Shown piece by piece: positions 21,944 through 29,644 of a stretch of DNA of 64,000 nucleotides. Made by a program: the position numbers and the translations under genes. The stretch is from an uncultured virus (IMG/VR IMGVR_UViG_3300001605_000015) (lineage: Duplodnaviria > Heunggongvirae > Uroviricota > Caudoviricetes): the IMG/VR virus record IMGVR_UViG_3300001605_000015, positions 1 through 64,000 of that record, one strand, 5' to 3'. The notes beneath the pieces were generated by a model. The model did not search any database, was not told the DNA's origin, and saw nothing but the letters and a program-made list of their open reading frames with translations. Each line of letters starts with the position of its first letter. The first letter of the stretch is position 1.

Positions 21944-22290
21944 GTTCCTACACCAAGCCCAGTGATTGGTGCAAACCTGTTGGCGGCATTGTATATGTCG
22001 CCACCAAACCGCTTTCTTGGGAAGTGGGTGTAAAAGGTAGCGGCTTGGTGATTAATGTGCCAGAGGGAGCCTTGTTCGACGTGTCTATACCCGTAGGACT
22101 GCGGTGGCTGTTTGATCCGCATAATCCTGCCTACCTAAAGGCTGCTGCATTGCATGACGAAATGCTACTACGTGGTTGGGCGCGAACTACCGCAGGGGCG
22201 GAGTTTCACGAAGCTTTGCGCGCAGACAAAGTATCCGCATGGCGGCGTCTAGTAATGTGGTTGGCTGTGTCTTTGTTCAAGTTTTCCTGA
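21940..22290 (+). CDS. DUF1353 family protein
   Basis: 'VPEG..FDVSIP...YLKAAALHD...F.EAL...VSAWRR.VM..AV'. Confidence 0.85.
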   Translation: MSSYTKPSDWCKPVGGIVYVATKPLSWEVGVKGSGLVINVPEGALFDVSIPVGLRWLFDPHNPAYLKAAALHDEMLLRGWARTTAGAEFHEALRADKVSAWRRLVMWLAVSLFKFS

Positions 22291-22303
22291 CGGCACACCA
22301 TTC

Positions 22304-22342
22304 TATATAACGCGGCTAATAACCGCGTTATATACTTTTTTT
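22304..22342 (+). terminator. Hairpin terminator built from two copies of the TAAC-N3-GTTA element
   Basis: TATATAACGCGG-CTAATAA-CCGCGTTATATA-C-T7. Confidence 0.6.
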
Positions 22343-22350
22343 GGTGCTCG

Positions 22351-22379
22351 TTGATCAGCTACTAAAATACGTATATAGT
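22351..22379 (+). promoter_or_regulatory. Sigma70-like promoter for the lysis cassette
   Basis: TTGATC-17-TATAGT. Confidence 0.55.
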
Positions 22380-22458
22380 TGAATAGTGATCTACATACTA
22401 TTGTTAGCAGTCTACTGCACATACCTTTTACAAAAGCAGTCATAACGAGGGATGTGCA

Positions 22459-23058
22459 ATGACCGGACCCAGCCCACAGAACTTAAAAAACCTTGCCGCA
22501 TTCATAAGAGATGCAGCTACCATAGGAACCGCCGTATCGGTAGTAATGGGTTTTTTGTTTTGGGTAGTAATAACTCTATGGGGAGCGCAGTTAGCCAACC
22601 ATGCCACAGAGATTCTACGGCTTGATAGGCTGGCTACACAGGAGGATGTGCAGGAGCTTTCTCAACGTGTCGATGCTCTTTCCGAACGAGTGAGCGGACT
22701 AGCTGGTGATCAACGTATCGCCATTGTTGATCTTTCAAGAAGTTTTGTGCGTTCGCCTGTTCGCCCCGGTGGCGACGTTGACGCAGTTATCTATGCCATG
22801 AGAACCGAGCGCGGCAGTTCTTGTATTATTACACGAGCCGCAACTATTTTCGAAACAGAAAGCGGGCTTCGCGTTCCCGGTCCTGAGCGATCTGCGGCTG
22901 GTCAGCTTCCTGCTTCCATGACACGTCTTCGTTTTCAATATCCTGTTCCAGAACTACCCCCCGGAAGAACGGGTGTGTGGATGGTCGGAACCTACGACTG
23001 CCCGTGGGGTCCAGTCGTTGAAGAACAAGGTCCGCTTATCTTTATGATGGAGAGTTGA
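22459..23058 (+). CDS. Membrane-anchored hypothetical protein (lysis region; antiholin-like topology possible)
   Basis: One N-terminal TM segment, a coiled coil and a two-Cys soluble domain. Confidence 0.6.
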   Translation: MTGPSPQNLKNLAAFIRDAATIGTAVSVVMGFLFWVVITLWGAQLANHATEILRLDRLATQEDVQELSQRVDALSERVSGLAGDQRIAIVDLSRSFVRSPVRPGGDVDAVIYAMRTERGSSCIITRAATIFETESGLRVPGPERSAAGQLPASMTRLRFQYPVPELPPGRTGVWMVGTYDCPWGPVVEEQGPLIFMMES

Positions 23059-23589
23059 ATGAACCTCTACGAAGCTACCCGTGAACTGCATCACTCGGCA
23101 GAGCAGCATCCGCTTGCTAAGTCTATGATGGACGGTTCAATAACTGAGCAAGCGTGGTGTGATTGGTTATACGCAATGTGGGCGGTGCATTCTGCCATCG
23201 ACATTAGCGTTCCTGAGTGTGTGCGGCGGGCAGCTTCGCTACAGCAAGACATGATGGACATGCTACCTGTTTCGCCGTTTCGATCATCCGCAGCCGTTTC
23301 TTTTGCAAGAACTCTTGATAACCCCATCGCTATAGGCGGTGCCGCCTATATCTTTATCGGCGCACATCGTCGCGGTGGCAGGGTTATCAAAAAAGCGATG
23401 GAGGACGCAGGTCGCGGTCTTCCAAACAGCCATACTGTGTTCGAAGACAACCAAGCGTCTGAGTTGTTTGTTCGGAACCTTCGTAACTACCCCGACTTGG
23501 CGATGGGAGCTAAACGGGCTTTTGCCGCAGTCGTTGCTATAATGGACGAAATACACCAGCGGAACGCACAGTCTAATCTACTTCTATAA
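23059..23589 (+). CDS. Heme oxygenase-like protein
   Basis: 'LYEATRELHHSAE' (proximal His helix), 'L.QD', 'AYIFIGAHRRGGRVI' (distal GG helix), 'AKRAF'. Confidence 0.65.
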   Translation: MNLYEATRELHHSAEQHPLAKSMMDGSITEQAWCDWLYAMWAVHSAIDISVPECVRRAASLQQDMMDMLPVSPFRSSAAVSFARTLDNPIAIGGAAYIFIGAHRRGGRVIKKAMEDAGRGLPNSHTVFEDNQASELFVRNLRNYPDLAMGAKRAFAAVVAIMDEIHQRNAQSNLLL

Positions 23590-23615
23590 CCCGGTTATAG
23601 CCAAAGGGAAATGCT

Positions 23616-23858
23616 ATGCAGAAGTGGAAATCTTACGTCAACATTACGTCGCTTGCTTGGTGGGGGGGCATATTCGCTATTGTTCTCGGCGTTCTTGGTA
23701 TTGTCATGCCTGAGAGCTATGCTGTTACTGAGGTTGGGAAGCTAGTCATGCTTCTGATCGGCGGCAGCGAACATTCGTCCCCCGGTATGATGATAGCCTT
23801 CGGCATGGGTGTTATCGGTATTCGGGCCAAGCTTGAAAGGAAGGAATGGGATGTTTAA
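23616..23858 (+). CDS. Putative holin
   Basis: 80 aa, 2-3 hydrophobic segments, charged C-terminus, upstream of spanins. Confidence 0.6.
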   Translation: MQKWKSYVNITSLAWWGGIFAIVLGVLGIVMPESYAVTEVGKLVMLLIGGSEHSSPGMMIAFGMGVIGIRAKLERKEWDV

Positions 23859-24156
23859 TATCGACCTATCGTGGATCATGGGCGGTGTAGTCGCTTTGGT
23901 CACACTGATTGGCGGTTGGCTTCGCGTCCGATCTGCCAATAAACAAGGAATCGAACAAGGCCGCAACGAAATCATCAAAAAGGTGGAGAAAGCCGATGCA
24001 CAACGCGCAAGTGACATCAGACAACGAGTGGAAGCCGCTAAGCAGCGTAGTGAAGAAAATCCTGCTGGCGACGGTGGCGACAATGGGGCTGAGCGGGTGC
24101 GAAGCAGCAAGAAACCTGCTAAGCCCGCCCGCACAAGTCGCGGCTATCGAGACTGA
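23851..24156 (+). CDS. i-spanin (Rz-like)
   Basis: N-terminal TM segment followed by coiled coil; AAGGA RBS. Confidence 0.65.
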   Translation: MFNIDLSWIMGGVVALVTLIGGWLRVRSANKQGIEQGRNEIIKKVEKADAQRASDIRQRVEAAKQRSEENPAGDGGDNGAERVRSSKKPAKPARTSRGYRD

Positions 24157-24292
24157 ACAAGCTCTTTGCGAGTCTTGGCGAGACTCTCTTCCTTCTCGTT
24201 CCAACGCAGATACAGAGCAAACACAGGACGAAATCGAGAACGCCTACAACGTGTTTCTCGCCGCATGTCCGGGCTACGAACTTCCGTTCTGA
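24050..24292 (+). CDS. o-spanin (Rz1-like lipoprotein) overlapping the i-spanin
   Basis: GTG start gives 'MKKILLATVATMGLSGC' signal peptide with LSGC lipobox. Confidence 0.7.
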   Translation: MKKILLATVATMGLSGCEAARNLLSPPAQVAAIETEQALCESWRDSLPSRSNADTEQTQDEIENAYNVFLAACPGYELPF

Positions 24293-24314
24293 CAAAGGTT
24301 GTAAATGAATGTAG

Positions 24315-24343
24315 AAGCCCTGCGTTTTTCGTGGGGCTTTTTT
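24315..24343 (+). terminator. Intrinsic terminator ending the late/lysis unit
   Basis: AAGCCCTGCG-loop-CGTGGGGCTT plus T run. Confidence 0.8.
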
Positions 24344-24369
24344 CATGAAAAAAATCTTTGATAACCTTA

Positions 24370-24397
24370 TTGACAAAAAAGTCTGATGCTGTATATT
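24370..24397 (+). promoter_or_regulatory. Sigma70-like promoter of the candidate sRNA
   Basis: TTGACA-16-TATATT. Confidence 0.65.
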
Positions 24398-24403
24398 GGC
24401 ATT

Positions 24404-24496
24404 GTGGTTGACGTGGATACTCGCTGGTTTCCTCTGGCAGAGCTAAACGCGGGATTGGTCTACATTACAAGTAGGCAGTCCCGCGTTTTCTACTTT
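24404..24496 (+). ncRNA. Candidate trans-acting small RNA (~90 nt) with 5' GUGGUU seed
   Basis: Own promoter; long 3' hairpin 24445-24488 followed by TCTACTTT; 5' end complementary to the AACCAC leader motif. Confidence 0.55.
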
Positions 24497-24522
24497 CAAT
24501 CGGTGATCTTCTTCGATATACT
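24494..24522 (+). promoter_or_regulatory. Sigma70-like promoter for the AAA ATPase
   Basis: TTTCAA-17-TATACT, then AACCACGGAG leader. Confidence 0.55.
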
Positions 24523-24555
24523 CGGATCACCTATCGTTATAACCACGGAGCTATC

Positions 24556-26283
24556 ATGCAGACCGACGAACTTACGTCTATGGACAATCTGCGACGGCAG
24601 ATCGACATTACCACGCGGGCGAGTATCGGCATCATTGCCATTCGCAGTCCCGTCACCGAGGTATTTCGCGTCGTAGAGACCATCTATCTTTCCGCCAAGG
24701 CCAATCAATCCGCGTTCCGTATGTGGTCGATGCTTCACGGCTGGGCTGCTTACGAAGAGGACGTTGTAGCCGACTTGCTTGCTACGATGGACGGTGACGA
24801 TGACAAGCTTTTCAATCCTATCAAGCCGCTTGTGACGCATCGCAATACCATTGCATATCTGCAAGCGTTTGAGGCTATCTTTTCGGATGACGTGGAGCGC
24901 CGCGACTTCCCTGACGATTGCTTCTACGCCATGATCGACGCGCATCACTACTTCGAAGAGCCGGGTATGCAAGCGGCTATCCGGCGACAGGCGCAACGGG
25001 CCTATGACAGCGATCAGCGTATCTTTATCGTGCTGCCAGAGACAGCCGAAATCCCCGATGCTGTTGCTCCGTATCTGCATATCATCGAATACGAGTATCC
25101 GAAGCTTTCCGAGCTTTCGCAGGTGCTTTCCATGATGATCGACAATCTCGAAGAGCATCTGCAACCAGAGCTTGACGACGAGATGCTTCGGGTTATCGGT
25201 CAGAACGCACTCGGTATGACCAAAACAGCTTTCGAGAATGCCGTCGCGCTTTCTATTACCGACTGGTATCAGGACGCGGGTTCCGACTCTAATAACCGTG
25301 TTACATTCGATCACATTTGCTCGTGGATACGGAAATACAAAACGGAAGCCTTGCGCAAAACCGAGGTTCTGGAATTGCAAGAGTCCTTGCCTGTCGATCA
25401 GATCGGCGGCTTGCAAAGCTACAAGCAATGGATGGAAATGCGCAAACGAACGTATGAGCCTGCGGCCATTGCACGAGGCATCACCCCATCGCGGGGCGTT
25501 CTTGTTTGCGGCGTTCCCGGCACTGGTAAATCGCTTATCGCTAAGGCCGCAGGAGCGCAGCTTGCCTTGCCCGTTGTTCGCTTCGACATTGGTCGGGTCT
25601 TCGGCGCATACGTTGGTCAATCTGAGGGACGTATGCGAAGCGTCCTAAAACTGCTTGATGCCATGTCGCCTTTGGTGCTTATGGTCGATGAGGTCGATAA
25701 GGGCTTTGCCGGAACGTCTCGCGGCGGTTCCAATGACGGCGGCACGTCTATGCGTGTGTTCGGCACATTCCTTACATGGATGCAGGAGCGCAACCAAAAG
25801 GAGCGGCCAGTCTTCCTTGTGTTCACCGCAAACCGCGTTCAGGGATTGCCCCCAGAGCTTATGCGCAAGGGCCGTCTGGACGAGCTTTGGGCCGTCAACT
25901 CGCCTAACGATGACGAGCGGATTGAGATTATCCGCATTCATGCCAAGAAGCGAAAGCTTTCCATCGCAGAGAGCGATCTTCCTTTGCTTGTGCAGCATTC
26001 GGATGGTCTTGTCGGCTCGGAAATCGAGTCTCTGGTCGAACAATGCCTTGTTCGTGCTTACATGAGCGACAGTAAGGCACTCACGGTCAAGGACTTCCTC
26101 AAGGAACGGCAATACCTGAAACCGTTGCGCGAAAGCTTCGCGGAGGACTTCAAAGCAATCGAGGATTGGGGCAATACCCATGCTCGTCTCGCCTCTGCAC
26201 CCGTGGAAGCAAAAAACACTCCGCGTATCAAGCCTGTCAAGAAAGCCGGGGTTGTGCGCAAGGGTCCACGGTCGCTACACTAA
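24556..26283 (+). CDS. Ycf46-like AAA+ ATPase
   Basis: Walker A GVPGTGKS, Walker B LMVDEVDK, 'FGTFLTWMQE', SRH 'TANRVQGLPPELMRKGRLDE'. Confidence 0.9.
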   Translation: MQTDELTSMDNLRRQIDITTRASIGIIAIRSPVTEVFRVVETIYLSAKANQSAFRMWSMLHGWAAYEEDVVADLLATMDGDDDKLFNPIKPLVTHRNTIAYLQAFEAIFSDDVERRDFPDDCFYAMIDAHHYFEEPGMQAAIRRQAQRAYDSDQRIFIVLPETAEIPDAVAPYLHIIEYEYPKLSELSQVLSMMIDNLEEHLQPELDDEMLRVIGQNALGMTKTAFENAVALSITDWYQDAGSDSNNRVTFDHICSWIRKYKTEALRKTEVLELQESLPVDQIGGLQSYKQWMEMRKRTYEPAAIARGITPSRGVLVCGVPGTGKSLIAKAAGAQLALPVVRFDIGRVFGAYVGQSEGRMRSVLKLLDAMSPLVLMVDEVDKGFAGTSRGGSNDGGTSMRVFGTFLTWMQERNQKERPVFLVFTANRVQGLPPELMRKGRLDELWAVNSPNDDERIEIIRIHAKKRKLSIAESDLPLLVQHSDGLVGSEIESLVEQCLVRAYMSDSKALTVKDFLKERQYLKPLRESFAEDFKAIEDWGNTHARLASAPVEAKNTPRIKPVKKAGVVRKGPRSLH

Positions 26284-26310
26284 TAACACGGTTATACGCA
26301 GGGAGCAGTT

Positions 26311-26955
26311 ATGCCTTTAATTGAGTATTGCACAGGATCAGACAGCTTTTCGGCTAGGGGGTCTACCCCTAGTCGGAGCGTCTCTTTAACAGCCTTGGTC
26401 TATAACACTAGGTCTGGCTTTTTCGAAAACCCTCGGTCACTGACTAACGGCGGCGACGTTTGCAAAGTGGACAAGGTTCACAAAGCTATGCCTGCGTCCA
26501 CTGTTCTAGCGCAATCGCCGGGAAACTGGTTCTACTATCGTACAGAGGTTCGCAGCGGTTCCCTATGGGCATTCGAGCTAAAGCGGCGCACTGGCGGGCC
26601 GTTTGCTTTCGAAACCGAGATGCTTCTTGTTCGCTTCTATCTCAAAGCACCTTTATATCGGGTAAGAATTTTCTTGCCTGATCATCCGTTTGCTAACGTA
26701 AGCGAGCTTGACTTTGTTTGGAACGCTCAGCGTATCCGAACGCACGATCAGCTAAGTCCTGACGAGCTAAACGCTTTCAAAAAGCTGACTGGCGAAACCA
26801 GCGAATTTGTCGTTGACGTTACGCAGCAGGACGAAGAGCTTCCATCTTGGAGCTTCACCGAAATGGAAAAAGCGGCTCCCAAAACCAAGAAGCTTGTCAA
26901 ATCCAAAGACAAGACGCCTCTGGCTATCAACAGAGTCAAAAAGCTTCGACTGTAA
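26311..26955 (+). CDS. Hypothetical protein
   Basis: GGGAG RBS; 214 aa. Confidence 0.7.
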   Translation: MPLIEYCTGSDSFSARGSTPSRSVSLTALVYNTRSGFFENPRSLTNGGDVCKVDKVHKAMPASTVLAQSPGNWFYYRTEVRSGSLWAFELKRRTGGPFAFETEMLLVRFYLKAPLYRVRIFLPDHPFANVSELDFVWNAQRIRTHDQLSPDELNAFKKLTGETSEFVVDVTQQDEELPSWSFTEMEKAAPKTKKLVKSKDKTPLAINRVKKLRL

Positions 26956-26972
26956 GGAAACCTCGGCTTGCC

Positions 26973-27001
26973 TTGCAATGATTACTCGGGTAAGCTATTC
27001 T
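26973..27001 (+). promoter_or_regulatory. Sigma70-like promoter
   Basis: TTGCAA-17-TATTCT, followed by AACCAC leader. Confidence 0.6.
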
Positions 27002-27028
27002 TATAACAAACCACGAAAGGAAATCGGC

Positions 27029-27445
27029 ATGAGCCACAACATCGTCTTGACAGGCGTCCGATACGACGACCTGCGGCTTCTTGGGGAGGTTGTAAAAGAC
27101 CTTTCGCAAGGCCAAGCAAAGCTGATGCGGAATCAGAAAACCTTCCGCACCTATCCCGGTCAGCCGACTGACTGTGAGCATTGCATCACCATGCCGGGAA
27201 GGCATGACATCGGTCTCAAGCGCAACAGCGAGGGATCGTATGACATGATCTTCGATCCCTACGGCATGAGCAACGTCTTTCAGGCAAAGGGCGGGGCCTA
27301 TGTCTATGGGGAATCGGCTATCGGGGCCATTGCACAAGAATACGTGCTTCGTGCCGCTGAAATCCGTGCCGCGCAACAGGGCTACAGCACCCAGCGCATT
27401 CCCGGCAAGGATGGTAACGTCTCTCTCGAAATCGCGGTGAGCTAA
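27029..27445 (+). CDS. DUF1257 (Ycf35-like) protein
   Basis: 'MSH...DIGLKRNSEGSYDMIFD.Y...QEY...AAQQGY'; AAAGGA RBS. Confidence 0.75.
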   Translation: MSHNIVLTGVRYDDLRLLGEVVKDLSQGQAKLMRNQKTFRTYPGQPTDCEHCITMPGRHDIGLKRNSEGSYDMIFDPYGMSNVFQAKGGAYVYGESAIGAIAQEYVLRAAEIRAAQQGYSTQRIPGKDGNVSLEIAVS

Positions 27446-27446
27446 C

Positions 27447-27635
27447 ATGAAGCGGATCATCATGGAAGTAAGCCCTATCGGTCGCACCAAGATCGAAGCC
27501 GAGGGTTTTGAGGGCGGCACCTGCATTGACGCCACGGCTCCTTTCGAGGGCCTTCTGAACAAAGTTGCACGGGAGCGGCAAACCGTTGGTGAGTGCGGCC
27601 CCCGCAAGGACAACGGCGAAAGGATCAACATCTGA
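27447..27635 (+). CDS. DUF2997 family protein
   Basis: 'I.MEVSPIG.TKIEAEGFEGGTCIDATAPFE.LL'. Confidence 0.8.
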   Translation: MKRIIMEVSPIGRTKIEAEGFEGGTCIDATAPFEGLLNKVARERQTVGECGPRKDNGERINI

Positions 27636-27670
27636 TCGTCGTTTAGCTGGGCGTGTCATTGCGCCCAGCG

Positions 27671-27908
27671 TTGCTACCAGAGCCAGATGTTCCTGCGAGG
27701 AAAGTTTAGCGCAGGTATCCCGAAAATGCTTCCGACAAGGCCGGAAGGGGTGTAAAACTAGCACTGTAAGGGTGTGGATTATCACGCTGCAACATAAGCC
27801 GTAGAAACCGACCTGAGTAAGTCCACGAAAGCATCGGGGATAGGTCTGCGGGGTTAGTTGTACGGGCGGGTGTGTCGGTTCGATCCCGGCTCTAGACTCT
27901 GGTAGCGA
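27671..27908 (+). ncRNA. Unclassified structured RNA with nested stems and a T-loop arm
   Basis: 10 bp terminal stem 27673-27682/27897-27906; inner stems; GTCGG-TTCGATC-CCGGC arm at 27874-27890. Confidence 0.5.
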
Positions 27909-27912
27909 TTTT

Positions 27913-27988
27913 GGGAGTGTAGCTCAGCGGTTAGAGCTGTCCGCTCATAACGGATAGGTCGGGGGTTCAAATCCCTCCACTCCCACCA
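27913..27988 (+). tRNA. tRNA with CAT anticodon (probably Ile2, otherwise Met)
   Basis: Acceptor GGGAGTG/CACTCCC, D arm GCTC..GAGC, anticodon loop CT-CAT-AA, T loop TTCAAAT, encoded CCA. Confidence 0.95.
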
Positions 27989-28017
27989 CCTATAACCCTG
28001 TTACAAAGGAAACACCC

Positions 28018-28260
28018 ATGTCTAACGGCATCCATCCAGCCCCGCAGGAATTTTCAGAGGAACAGCTTGCTGCTGATCCGATTCTGCGGTTCTTTCACTA
28101 CTCGCATTTGCCGCCGCATCTGCAAGTGCATTCCAAACCGTTCTGCGATCTGGCAAAGCATGTCGTGGAAACGCTGCCGCGCAATGCTGAACGCTCTGTT
28201 GCCTTGCGCAAGCTTCTCGAAGGAAAGGACGCGGCTGTTCGCGCTATGGTGGGAGCATGA
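28018..28260 (+). CDS. Small helical-hairpin protein; possible Acb2/Tad1-superfamily member
   Basis: 'FFHYSHLP...LP..AERSVALRKLLEGKDAAVRA'; AAAGGA RBS. Confidence 0.6.
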   Translation: MSNGIHPAPQEFSEEQLAADPILRFFHYSHLPPHLQVHSKPFCDLAKHVVETLPRNAERSVALRKLLEGKDAAVRAMVGA

Positions 28261-28517
28261 GCAAGGTCTCGAAAGCCGACTTTGGCAAGGAAGCCACTGA
28301 CAAGATCACGGGCTTTACTGGAACCATCGTCGCAGTAAGTTCCTACATCACAGGCTGCGACCAAGTGCTCCTGCAACCGCCGTTCAAGAAAAACGAATGG
28401 AAGGATGGGCGCTGGTTTGACGACGACCGTCTTGAGCTTACTGGCAAGAGCATCGACTTCAAAACGACCGAAGGCGCTCTTCGCGGCGGTCCTGATCGTG
28501 GAGCGCCTGTAAAGTGA
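28257..28517 (+). CDS. Hypothetical protein (conserved phage family)
   Basis: 'G.EATDKITGFTG......YITGCDQ.LLQP...WFDDDRL'. Confidence 0.75.
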   Translation: MSKVSKADFGKEATDKITGFTGTIVAVSSYITGCDQVLLQPPFKKNEWKDGRWFDDDRLELTGKSIDFKTTEGALRGGPDRGAPVK

Positions 28518-28909
28518 GCTACACACCCGGAGAGCGTCAAGCTAAGTCTGTGCCACCCGCCGACTCTGAAAGCCGCAACCCCTTTGAGCTTCCTTTTGCC
28601 GAAGCAGGATACGAGCAACTAGCCCGCATCTTGGAAGACGCCTATGGTCAAAGCGCCAGAGGCAAGGGTAGGAAGCGTCACGCTAACGGCTTGCCTTTCG
28701 AGAAACAACCGATCATGGAAATCGGTCGCATGTCTGGCGTAGGCGGTCACGTCTACCAGATCATGAAGAAAGCTCAGGAAGCCGGAAACATGAGCAAGCG
28801 CGGTGAACACGAAGCCGCTATTGCTGAGTTCTATGGCGTGATAGTCTACGCGGCTGCTGCTATTCTTCTTACCGAAGAAGAGGGCGGCATCGTCCACAAA
28901 GCCAAGTAA
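28514..28909 (+). CDS. Hypothetical all-alpha protein (possibly nucleotide-pool related)
   Basis: 'A.GKG.KRHA..LPFEKQPI...Q.MKK.QEA...AE.YGVIVYAAAA'; coupled to the upstream gene. Confidence 0.6.
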   Translation: MSYTPGERQAKSVPPADSESRNPFELPFAEAGYEQLARILEDAYGQSARGKGRKRHANGLPFEKQPIMEIGRMSGVGGHVYQIMKKAQEAGNMSKRGEHEAAIAEFYGVIVYAAAAILLTEEEGGIVHKAK

Positions 28910-28963
28910 CCATAGCCCGCAGTAATAACCGTGTTACTGCGGGTTACTACATACAGGATAGCC

Positions 28964-29644
28964 ATGTCTGTTTTCTATTTCCAAAACGAGGCTTACCATT
29001 TTCCTGACAACTATCGGGAATGGGATATTCAAGTAGACCGAGACGTTGCCCGTATGGCTTTCCGAATAACTTCTAGGGCAACGGATACTACAGGTCAGCA
29101 ACACGGCTGCGAAAGCACTGTTGACGATCTTCATCTGAGATACTCTGCCAACGAAGCGCAAGAGTATTTTCGACATGTTATGAGAAGCCACCTGCGGCGC
29201 ATTGACGACTATTCGCAAGACCTTGCTTTGCAGGGAATCAATCTGAGGCCACGCTATGCAAGCGGCGGGTCCGTAAGAAACCCATCGCAGCGACTTGTCG
29301 GTGAACAAGGTGCGCCATACATCGGTATCGACAGGGCTAGTGGTCCTGACGTAACAGCCGTGGCTATAGCCCGCGCATCTCGTTCAGCAGAGCAACTTGG
29401 GCAATCCATGTCTGCTATTTCACAAGCTATTGCTAGTGCGGACTTTTCAGCAATAGAACAACGATTGATGGCTATCTACGGAAATAACACACCAGAGTCT
29501 TTGTTTCCTAGCGAATACGAAAAGCCAACAGAACCAGAGCAGCAAGAAGAGAAACCAAAGCGTAAACGACTTCAACAGAAGCCGCCTTCCGAGGCTCCTG
29601 CGCAACTAGCTGTGAAACCAAAACCAAGAAAGTTGCGCCTATAA
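28964..29644 (+). CDS. Hypothetical protein
   Basis: AGGA RBS before ATG 28964. Confidence 0.65.
   Translation: MSVFYFQNEAYHFPDNYREWDIQVDRDVARMAFRITSRATDTTGQQHGCESTVDDLHLRYSANEAQEYFRHVMRSHLRRIDDYSQDLALQGINLRPRYASGGSVRNPSQRLVGEQGAPYIGIDRASGPDVTAVAIARASRSAEQLGQSMSAISQAIASADFSAIEQRLMAIYGNNTPESLFPSEYEKPTEPEQQEEKPKRKRLQQKPPSEAPAQLAVKPKPRKLRL

Noticed and set aside
24386..24676. 96 aa ORF across the candidate sRNA
   Set aside because: No RBS, its start lies inside the promoter, it runs through a terminator-like hairpin and overlaps the AAA ATPase by 121 nt.
27697..27897. RNase P RNA resemblance (GAGGAAAGT ... CCCGGCT..AGAC)
   Set aside because: The P4 helix cannot form (AGTTTAG versus CCCGGCT) and other conserved regions are not visible. 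Kept only as an unclassified RNA.
27671..27908. tmRNA, group I intron or hammerhead reading of the same RNA
   Set aside because: No alanine acceptor stem or CCA, no P7 pairing, and CTGAGTA is not CTGANGA. The short frame KGVDYHAAT* lacks a proper resume context.
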